In this document: positions 1 to 10,700 of the stretch, piece after piece
How the letters are laid out: each line of letters starts with the position of its first letter
How positions within the stretch are numbered: the stretch's first letter is position 1
DNA from: Amphiscolops sp. MND2022
Lineage: Eukaryota
Direction of reading: 5' to 3'
Assembly: GCA_964187785.1 (NCBI GenBank)
Contig: OZ076409.1
Location: forward strand, 73,720,001 to 73,784,000
DNA: 64,000 nt
Program-made: the position numbers and the translations under genes
The notes under the pieces: generated by a model
Databases searched by the model: none
The model's input: the letters and a program-made list of their open reading frames with translations, nothing else
Told to the model about the DNA's origin: nothing

Positions 1-1238
1 GAGGCGCGGGTAGGGTCCTGCGCCGAGCTGGTGAAAATATACTACGTCCAAATCGCCCGTTCCGGAAACGATCTCAAAACTGGCCCGTACGATTTTCCTG
101 AAACTTTGCATGTGGCCCCCAATTGGCGAGCAATGAAAAAGTGTAGGAGGTCGTTTATCCCAAATTCCACTGTGAGAGGAGATATATGAAAAAAACGGAC
201 CCCAAAATGACGAAAATTTCACTTTTTGACCAAAAATGTGACATTATCTCCTCAGACAAGGCTCGGAGCAAAATTTGTCAGAACCCAAACCTGCAGCAGA
301 CTGTTAGAGCAGTGCACACAGTAAGTTTGAAGGAAATCGGATAATCACATGTTGAGAAATTGACGATTTTCCGACAAATTTTTTTGCATTTGCAGTCTAT
401 CTCTGCCGTTTTTTGCCCAAAATTTTTTCGAGACCCTCTCCTAAAGACCTCCCCTGGCCGGTTTACCTCCCAAAAGAACCATTTGGCCCTAAATACGAAG
501 TTTCAGCGTTCTAGCATTCCCCAGTGAAAAGTTATGGGACTTAGAACTTTTTCAAAAATTTTCAAAATTTTTCTAAAAAAGTTCAGGCCGCCCAAAGTGA
601 AGAAACTTCCACACAACTAGTATTGCAAGTGAATGCATGTGGAAAGCCCTGCACTTGACGAGAAAAATGCCGTTTAGAACGTCTTTTTATCTTATTTTGA
701 TGTTGACTTATGATCTTTTGAGTAGCGTATAACACGTGATCACAGTAGTGAAAATCCTAATTTTCAAAAATTTTCAAACAATAACGCATGAAAAGAACCT
801 GGAAAAGGTTCCGATGGGTCAGTTGGGATGTCTGAAGCATGTGTACATTTCCGTAGTGAATAGCGGATGTATTTGAGACTTATTAGAAATTGTGATAAAT
901 TTTATACAAGTCTTTGTTTCTCTTAGAATCTTATGCAGTTGAGTACATTCCATCTCCCTCTCAGGGGAGATGTGAATGTACGTTTGCCAAATGCCTTGTA
1001 AAGCTCACAATTTTGATGGATTCAAATAACTAAACAAGTGTGATTTGCGTTTGCCGAACCACTGCGACAAAATATCCTAAATCTATAGCGAGATTGTATG
1101 GTTTTTGTCTTTAGTGTTTCGTCTTGTGTAGCCGACTTCCACATCCAAATATCAACGCCCGCCGTCCGTAGGCATGCCGAGGCATGCCTTTCGACGACGT
1201 ATGCCAAATACCCAATGCCACGCTGTCATTATCGCTAG
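1..1238 (+). mobile_element. Non-autonomous ~1.28-kb unit (first ~40 bp outside window)
   Basis: Head hairpin ggcgcgggtagggtcctgcgcc at 3-24, shared core, subterminal hairpin 941-981, palindrome aggcatgccgaggcatgcct 1170-1189, CTAG 1235-1238. Confidence 0.8.
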
Positions 1239-2128
1239 GTGCCAAAACCCAATGGTTTGCCAAACACTTCGAGGGCGGGGTAGGGCCCCCAGCCCGAGTC
1301 AAAAGTCGAAGACTAACAACTTAAGGCCAATACTAAAACCTCCTATCGATCTTGGAAACGGCCCATACGATTTGGCTCAAAATTTGCATACGGCTTCCTC
1401 TAGCGATTCTAAGAACTAATCCCTACTGCCATTTTGCCCGGAAAATTTTTTTTGTTGACTTATACACTATTTTAGGTGCCGAAAATGGCGTTTTTTTGGA
1501 AAATTTTTTTTTAACAGCCAATATCTCGTTCCACAGGCCCCGGATCAAAAAGTGTACAATTGTTCGCACGTTAGGCACTTCATGAACTGTCCGTAGACAA
1601 ATTTTCGTCCAGATCGAATAAAAATTGACTGAGTAATAGCCGGAATTCTGACGCATTTTGTCGAATTTTTTTGAAACCTCAGTCTATCTCTGCCGTTTTT
1701 TGCCCAGATTTTTTTCCAGGACCTCTCCTAAAGGCCTCCCCTGGCCGGTTTACCTCCCAGAAAAACCATTTGGCCCTTTTGCCGCAGTTTCAGCGTTCCA
1801 GGATTTCTTGAGTAAAAGTAAAATGACTTAGAATTTTTTCGAAAAATTTTCAAAATTTTTTTTTCAACTTCAGGCCTCCCAAAGTCAAGAAACTTCCACA
1901 CAACTAGTATTGCAAGTGAATGCATGTGGAAAGTGCTTGAATAGACGAGAAAATTGAGCTACTATACGACCCTGTAGCTTCACTTGACGTTGACTTATGA
2001 CAATTTGAGTATAGGTAGGTTTTAAATTGATGGTATTCCTGACAGATTTTTTTTCCTTTTTCCAGGTGTCGGAGATGACTTTTTCTGCACACAGGTAATA
2101 TTTGGTAACAAGTTACGTCCGGTAAGTA

Positions 2129-2432
2129 TCTTATGGGTTGACCAGACGCCCCAGTTGGTCTGGCACGCTTTTCGGCACCGCGTTTCCTGAAGCCGCTGTG
2201 ATAGGTAGGTTGTTTTTTGTAAAAATTCACTCGAAAATTTTTCTTATGGGTTGACCAGACGCCCCAGTAGGTCTGGCACGCTTTTCGGCACCGCGTTTCC
2301 TGAAGCCGCTGTGATAGGTAGGTGGTTTTTTGTAAAAATTTACTCGAAAATTTTTCTTATGGGTTGACCAGACGCCCCAGTTGGTCTGGCACGCTTTTCG
2401 TCACCGCGTTTCCTGAAGCCGCTGAGATAGGT
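2129..2432 (+). repeat. 113-bp tandem repeat, ~2.7 copies
   Basis: tcttatgggttgaccagacgcccc... starts at 2129, 2242, 2355; contains a ccagac/gtctgg inverted repeat. Confidence 0.9.
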
Positions 2433-3144
2433 AAGTTTAAATTCCTTTAATACTCTGCGCCTTACTTTTTTGTCCTAAGTTTTTTTTAGGATTTTCAGGA
2501 TTAGGTTTCTTAGGCTTACTTTCTTAGGTTTTTAGGATTAGGTTACTTAGGCTCAGGTGTAATAACTAAGTAGGTAGGTTAGGTGTAGGTTGTAAACTAA
2601 TAATAAGTGGGACTGTATTGACTAATATATTATCGTGTACTTCGTTCATCAACAGGGACAGCAACGACGAAGAAGAAGGAAGTTCATTGACGCAATTTTT
2701 TACTGTTGATAAATCACAATTTATTTCATTAACACTATTATTTCATCTACTTAACATTTTATTTTTGTTAATTGAAACCTTCAAAACCCAGTCTTTTATT
2801 AATCCATTACACATTTTTTCGACTATCATATTACTTCCGGCATGATTCAAATTCGGTTTGTTTTCTTTCTTTTTTTCCTACTTTTTTTCTGACTTTTGTT
2901 TTCATATAAATTTTGTCTTCGGTTTGAGAAATTCCCGGACTCCATCGATTGGAAATTCTTCTTTTGTTTTTCTTTGTCAAAAAACGCCTAAATTGCTCTT
3001 TTTCAATTGTCTTTAAATCGGAAAATAACATTTGTGCCTTATTCTAAATTTCTCGTCGGTTACTATTTTTCTACTCCTTATGCTATTAAACAATATTTGT
3101 CAGCTCGTTGTATTCCAAAGTTATGTATTTTTCAGACCTTCGAA

Positions 3145-3711
3145 ATGACAACTTCCAAACTTGTAATAAATGGGCTCAAATTTGCGGCTGTGTTAAAAGA
3201 TTCCACTAATAATTCGGTCATCGTGTTAGGAGATTCTCTAATAAGAAATTTTGATATGGCGGAAATCGATAAAGTTTGTTTACCCGGTGGAAGATGTGAA
3301 GACTTCAAAGCCATTGTACAGTCAATGAATTATACGCGTCATAGAGTCGCTATCTTTATGTTTGGAGGCAACGACCTGCAGAGCAGGTTTAAGGGTAACA
3401 TCTGGAGGCAGCGATTGTCTCCGCAAGCAATTTCACAAGAAATTATGGAAATGGCGTTCTACTTATCAAATCGAGAAGTTGCGGTATACGTGGTCGGTGT
3501 ACCTCACCGTGGGAATTCCTCTTTTGGAGAAATTAAAGAACTGAATTGTTTGCTATTCAACAACCGCGACCATGTTTATACCTACGTCGGGTTAGGCACT
3601 CAAATGTCCAAGGAGGCCGTTGTTGGACATGACGGAGTACATTTAACAGAAGAGGGACTTAGTCGCCTGAAGACAATCTTTAAAAAAAAAATTCTTAATA
3701 ATCTGAACTAG
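3145..3711 (+). CDS. SGNH/GDSL-family hydrolase (esterase-like), ~188 aa
   Basis: All four SGNH blocks present: VLGDSL, CLPGG, FGGNDL, DGVHL. ATG at 3145 follows a tttttcag acceptor; the ORF-track start at 3007 is a TTG in T-rich sequence. Confidence 0.85.
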   Translation: MTTSKLVINGLKFAAVLKDSTNNSVIVLGDSLIRNFDMAEIDKVCLPGGRCEDFKAIVQSMNYTRHRVAIFMFGGNDLQSRFKGNIWRQRLSPQAISQEIMEMAFYLSNREVAVYVVGVPHRGNSSFGEIKELNCLLFNNRDHVYTYVGLGTQMSKEAVVGHDGVHLTEEGLSRLKTIFKKKILNNLN

Positions 3712-3900
3712 AGCAACGCTTGGTTGTTTTTTATTTCTATTGTTTGCTTTTTACTTTTGGTCCTTGTTTGATTGGATTGCTTGTTTTAAAAAGCTGTTTG
3801 TTTGGCCTTGTATGCCTCTTTGCATTTGAGTTTAATTGAACTGTTTCTTTTTTTGTTCTTTTTTATTTTTTTTAATCGTTACATCGTCTTTCATTTTCAT

Positions 3901-4512
3901 CACTGATCGACGGAAAGCGTGGTCAGTGATTAGGGTTTTTAAACAAATTAAGGTAGAAGTGTCATCACTGATCGACGGAAAGCGTGGTCAGTGTTTTGGA
4001 TTTTTAAACAATTTAAGGTAGAAGTGTCATCACTGATCGACGAAAAGCGTGGTCAGTGTTTTGGATTTTTAAACAAATTAAGGTAGAAGTGTCATCACTG
4101 ATCGACGGAAAGCGTGGTCAGTGTTTTGGATTTTTAAACAATTTAAGGTAGAAGTGTCATCACTGATCGACGAAAAGCGTGGTCAGTGTTTTGGATTTTT
4201 AAACAATTTAAGGTAGAAGTGTCATCACTGATCGACGAAAAGCGTGGTCAGTGTTTAGGATTTTTAAACAAATTAAGGTAGAAGTGTCATCACTGATCGA
4301 CGGAAAGCGTGGTCAGTGTTTTGGATTTTTAAACAATTTAAGGTAGAAGTGTCATCACTGATCGACGAAAAGCGTGGTCAGTGTTTAGGATTTTTAAACA
4401 AATTAAGGTAGAAGTGTCATCACTGATCGACGAAAAGCGTGGTCAGTGTTTAGGATTTTTAAACAATTTAAGGTAGAAGTGTCATTAGTTGTCGACGTGA
4501 AACGTGGTTCTA
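3901..4512 (+). repeat. 65-bp minisatellite, 9 copies plus a degenerate one, each with a bulged hairpin
   Basis: cactgatcgacg(g/a)aaagcgtggtcagtg starts every 65 bp from 3901 to 4421; degenerate copy at ~4486. Confidence 0.95.
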
Positions 4513-4757
4513 CATACAGGTAATATTTGGTAGTAGGTAAAACAGGTAATCCTCGGTAAATATGCGGGCAAAGGTGAAAATGAAGTGCAACCGTGTTTCC
4601 AGTTATACGCAATCTTTGTTATGTGTCAAAAACGGTGACTTTTTCTGATGATGTCTAACAGGATCAGCGTTTTTCCAGATTTGATTTGAATTGCTTTGAT
4701 CTGCTTTGCCAACATTAACTTGTTTTGCTTGGCTATCAAAGAGGCTAAAAGTCCCCA

Positions 4758-7700
4758 ATGCCTCGTGGTAGAGGGAGAGGAAGGAGTGGCGGTACAGCAA
4801 GGAGGAAGTGTGCTGTGCACAATTTGTTTGTTGGAGCAGATGGTTTCTGTGGAAGGTGTGCGTCTCAGGTGGAGCAACAGCAGCAGGTGGAGAGTGATCA
4901 AGATGATCAAACAGCCAGTAATGGCAACGTCCCCAATCCCCCAGATGCCCCCAATGGTGCTGAAAGGTCACAAGTGGAGATGTGTGACAGATGTAGTAGA
5001 ACTAGCAGCGACTCTTACAGACTTGACTTACACTCTAAACAGAAAGACTCTACTCACACTACAATGTTCGGTCGACATATGAATGAAGTTAGCGGAGAAA
5101 CTGTCAGGATGTGTCAGCAATGCATCGCCTATGACGTCAACCCCAACCGACACAAGGATTGGCCCAACGCGTGGCCCAGCGTATTGTATACTTTACTTTT
5201 CGATACTCATAGGTTTAATTCAAATGCAGAGAAACTTTACAAAATACTTCCACATGAAATCAAAGAGTCCTATAAACAACACATGTATACTGTTCATCCA
5301 TCAATAGTTACAACTGTTAACGAATCTGTTTTGAGGGACATAACAACGGAAAAAGAAGACTTTTGGACTTTAATAAACAGTCGAACTGCGAAAAACTTAG
5401 TGAAAGCTCTAACTAAATACTGTTTTCCTAATATAAGATGCCCAGCAGGTTGTTTCGAATTCGTCGAGAAATCACACGGAATTTCGTTCGCACATTTTTT
5501 GAACTGGATTTACCCTCTCTTTACTAGTTTTAACGCCAACAGTAGAAAATTTTTGAAGGGAGCTCGAGAGGATTTCATGAAACGTCTAACTTTGTTGGAA
5601 AAATTCAATGTTGCACCTTGTATCATGGTTAACGAAAAAGGTTTACAGTTAGTTACTTGTGGGGATCATAAAAACGGTGTCCTACTAAACTACGTACATG
5701 TACCAACAAATCCAGTGTCAGGTAACATCAGCCCAAAATTTGTCGACAGGTTAGCTCCAATGGTATCAAGCGTTCGAACTGTAAGACCCCTCAAAATAGG
5801 CGCTAAAAGTGCAACGTTCACCATGTGTCGGGTTGACAGTGGACGCATAAGTGGTGTCAGTTCCACTGTTCTTCACAAATTCAGAAATTTTGAATGTCCT
5901 TTAAATTACTTACGTCTAAACATGGAGAAACTTCTGATTAATTGTCGTGATGATATTAAGGTAATTATCAGGGTTTGCTGTCAAAATCAAGAAATAACTT
6001 CAAATTTAGCTACAGAACTACTCGAATTAGATTTACCTACTTCCACGGCCTTAGTTGAAGAACACTGTAAAAATTCTACTGTTTTCAATATGAACACCTT
6101 AATGCGGATGAAGGACTTTGTAGAAACATGTACCGATGACATTTTAAGTCGTGACAGCTTTAAAAAACCGTCGATCTATGGACATAAAATGGACGGCTAC
6201 GGTTTCGAACCTCCTAGCTTACCTAAAATTTTTTCACAACACCAGAGTTTGTTCACATTCGCTTATTGCCTCTTGTATAACGATTTGATTTGGTCCAAGC
6301 TCTGTAGCTGTTCAGGAGAGACAGATCAGCTGGTTGAACTTTGTAAACTTTTGAATTGCTTGAGAGGAAACAGAAGCTTACAGTATAATAACACTATCAA
6401 TTCAGTAATGACTAAGTTGCGCAGGATCTTAAATGAACTGTTTCCGTCTCAATTAGAACCGTTGACTTCTTTATGTGATACACTAGAAGGTTGCCAAGTT
6501 GTACATTGTCCAAGAGGATCAGTTGAAAATGTTGTAATTGATTGCTCGCGCAATGATGTGGTGCTAGTTGTTGCGAATGAAGCCCCAGCTAGGGATCGTC
6601 AAATTCCCTTCAATTTAACTTCACCCAATGGTAAAGATTTTCAATTAAACTTCATTTCAGCAGACGGTAAGGTAAGTTTGAGACACGGAGATCCGTTCTT
6701 CAATTTTTGGACTATAGTAAACGACGGAAGCCGAGCAATGAAGGACCCAACTTTAGAATACCAGTACAATAGGATATGGAAATTTTTAGTATACGTTTCG
6801 AATACAGATTTGAATGAGGAAACTAAACTACGGTACTTAAAATACATGGGAGGCCAAGGGGTTTTTTTCTGCCGTGAACATAACCTGCCTTTATCGACTG
6901 ATTACTTTAAAAGCGGAAGAAAATGTAGTATGCCTAAAAATTCGACTGATCATCTAATCTGTACTAGAAAATCTGCTTGGCGTTGCCCAAAAAAAGGTTG
7001 TGTTGCGTCGGTTTGTAAAACTCATTTCCGCCAGTTTTGCGACACAAACGATAAGGTTTTGGTCGACAACGCCCAATCAGATGACGCCATCCTGGATAGC
7101 AGTGACGATGAGCCAACGTTTGAAGAAGAAGCAGCACAGCAGCCCGATGACAACTTGCCAGGACCCAGCTTCGTGCTGGATGAACCACAAAGAATTGACA
7201 ATCTAGAAGCTAACATGGACGAGTTCGATTGCCCACAATTAATTGTGGATGCAGGGTTCCAAGAAACTGATGCTTTTGCCACTGACGCTGGCTGTGAGCC
7301 CGTTTACTTGTCCGAGGATTCTAATTTCGTTCCCATGCATGTACTTTTGAATGGTGAATGTCAATTACTGAAAAGATTAAAATATCCCTCCCACATAGGC
7401 AAAAGATTTCAGAGATTTTTCCAAAATTTTGTCTCTACTCTACCGGGTCGTTCGATTCCATTGCTGCAACCTGAAGCGTGTCTGTTTCCTAGCATTTTTT
7501 ACAAGCAATTAGAAGACGGTTCTTTCCCTGGCGCTTTGCCTTTTTTCTTGTACGACGATAAAAATGCAAACTCTAAATTAGAATTTGATGGTCTACATGA
7601 ACACCTGCGCTTAAGACTTAAGGACGGCACGCTTTTAACGTCTTCCAACTTGGCCTATATAATGTATGCTTTCGACTGTGTTTTAAATTTGTCTCTAACA

Positions 7701-10700
7701 AAGTGCCATACTAATCAATTTTTCAAACGTGGATTGCAGACTATCACAATTGGCAAGTACAAACCGCAGCAGCTGACATCTACGGAGTCTGTTCTAAAAA
7801 TGGATAGCGTCGACAGCGACGTACATGTAAATCGATTAGGAACTGCTTGTGCCACTGAAACGCCGGATCTTTTTGTCACTTTTACATGTAACCAAAAGGA
7901 ACACCCGGGTGTCGCTGAGATTGTTCAGGCAATCTACGAACTGTACGGCAACGCTTCCACTGAAGAGCTAAAGGAAGTGCTTCAGGCTTACATGGTTATA
8001 ATTGTAAGATGTTGGACTAGGACAATTGAACTTTTAATCGATTACTTGAGGTTTTCAGACGAACGTATCTTAGGTGAGATTCTTAAAGTTTGGGGAAGGG
8101 CTGAATTTCAGAGTGCCGCTGCCAATCTCCAACATTATCACATTCTTTTTTGGTTGAAAAATCTAACCGAGGACATAATAAATAAAATCCAATGCGCTCA
8201 TAAACACGTGTTTTACGAGTTCCAAAAACTGTTCAGTGTCAATTTCGGTACGGTCGACAGTGTTGAACACGCAGTTAAGTTGTTCGATGATTGTGTTCGT
8301 GTTCAAACACATAGCTGCGACAAAGGACATTGCTTGAAAAAGGTTCGATTGGATGGAGAAAGAAAATGTCGTTTTCCCGCGTACCCACAGAGTCATGTTC
8401 CCTGGTACAAGGAATTCCATCAGCCGCATACACACGAGGCCTTAGAAGTTCTGCAGGAAATTGATTTAGCTGAACCAATGCCTGGTTTTTTTAACACTTT
8501 GCAGGTCACTTCTACGCTGAAAGCAGGTAAGTATATGTATGCGGCTCAAAAAGGGGAGCATATGTCACCGCTCAATGTGGCTCTGTGGAGCATTTGTAAA
8601 TCAAGTCTCAATGTTCTGAAAGTGTGTAAGTCTGTCGCATCGAGGTATTTGACATCATATGCCGCCGGTAAAGAAGAACACGCGGACGTTTCCATCAACC
8701 CGGATAATGCACACAATGTTTTAAATGTTCAGGTTAAAAAAATTGAGAACAAAAAGTTAGGTGGTGTTAGAAAAATTCTTGCTCGGGAAGCTAAGCACGA
8801 TAAAACCCAAGGTATCATAGATTCAACAACAATTGCGACTACAGAATGTGTGTCATGGATGCTGCAACTTCCTACGGTAATAACAACAATGGATTTTGTT
8901 TCGGTCCCAACTGTGGCGCTTGAAAACCGCGGCGGCGTGCTTTTAAAAAGAAAAAACAACACTCAGTCCAGATCCAACATCCCCGGTGTAGCCAACGAAG
9001 GTCCTGCGCAAATCAGACAACATCATTTGCAATTTCCCGCGCATAGACTGTTCACAACTGGTCAAAAAATCGTTTTAGAAAGCGTTAATAAAACTCCTTT
9101 TACCACCGATAAAGTAACTGTTTTCTCTTTACGTCCTCCAGAATTGCTGTTCGTGAATAAACTGAAGTTGTATTACAGGTGGTTCATTCGAGAAAAATTG
9201 CCCGGTAAAAAAGAAACAATTTGTGTTAGGTTTTTGAAAAATGACGTCATAGATTCAACTTGGGTGGATGGTGAAAATTATGCCATTCGACTAAGACCTT
9301 GCGCTGTTGGTGAATTTTCAAACTTTGTTCAGGAATGTTTACTTCAAACTCCAGCGGATGATAAACTCAATGACGCTTGGCGTGTAATAACTCATGTTTT
9401 AAATATTGCTAATCACCAAAACCGTTCGTTTTTTGTTTCCGCTGACCCCAATTTGTCAAACACTCCAGCGGAAGTGGTGTTTTCCAAAGTTTATCCTCGT
9501 AGCCCCGCGAACTTTTTGATTCACTTTTTGCTTTCAAATGCTTGTTTCGAAACAGAACTCGAACTTTTTGACGTGCCAACACTAAAAGACGCCTATATTA
9601 AAGGTAAAATAGTTCCTGACAAACAGGTTTTTGACGTTGATGACTGCAATCAACTTTTGAAAAAGTACGTTTTGGAGCAGCTTAGATATTTACCAGGTGG
9701 TACCAGGTCTTTTGATGGTAATGTATTGGCTGCCAAATCTGCTTTTAAAGGTATGTTGATAGATAATGATGTTTACAACGAAGGCTTGCCAATAACAACG
9801 ATGGACACTCTGACGGAAGCACTAGAAGACAAGGCCAAGAAAATGCTTCGTCAGTCACAAGTGAACATCATCAAGTCGTTGACTCAGAAAAATTTGCCGA
9901 ATTTTCCGTCTTCTGTTGATTTTGAAACGGTCACGAAAGAAACACCTTCTAATTGGTCCGCTGAATTAATAGCTAATGTTTTTCAATCCGCTGATTCGCT
10001 ACATGAACAGTCGCTAATTTTGGAAACCCTAAAAAATTTAATTGTTGGCAGTTTGTTTGCAGGTCACAAGTTCAATAAACATCAGTTGATTTTAGGTCCC
10101 CCCGGCACCGGTAAGACTTACGTGTTAACAATGGCTTTAGGTTTTGCTTTGTCAAAAGGTTTGTTTTGTCTTGTGACAAGTCTGGCATCCAGAAGATCGA
10201 TGCACTTTGGCGGCGAACACATACATAAACTGTTTTGCTTGCCCCCCTGTTCGAAAGGCTCGCCAATCAAAATGGCTGAGCAGGCATTGACAAAACTTGA
10301 TCACAGAAACGACAAGAAGATGCTCCTCCTGGCGTTGGAAGTGCTGTTCGTGGAAGAGGTTAGCTTGATAAGTGCCGAACAGTGGTCCGCAATGGACATG
10401 ACACTTCAGGAGTTGAAGCAGTCAACTTTGCCTTTCGGTGGCGTTCTGGTAATTGCAAGTGGAGATCAGATGCAACTACCCTGCATCGAAGGCAGTGACA
10501 TCTTCCTTAGTCCCGTTCTGTTGACAAACTTCGCCTTGTTTTTTCTCGATCATTTCGTTCGGATGACCGACCAAGCAGGTCAAACTGTGCTTCGTCACAT
10601 GTGGAAGCGTCCGATCAATCCTGCCGCTGTCGCTGAGATTCTGGCAATTTTGGATGCCAAATGTAGGTTTAAGGACAGTTGGGCGGACCTCGACGATCCG

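Noticed and set aside
2476..2592. True telomeric repeat tract
   Set aside because: Short, degenerate and internal to the element; no perfect TTAGG(G) array.
3007..3144. N-terminal extensions given by the ORF track (3007, 20786, 61018)
   Set aside because: Non-ATG starts in T-rich intron-like sequence upstream of splice acceptors; downstream ATGs fit better.
3901..4512. CRISPR-like array (palindromic ~28-bp repeat at 65-bp period)
   Set aside because: The intervening sequences are near-identical rather than unique spacers, and no cas-like genes are present. It is a minisatellite.
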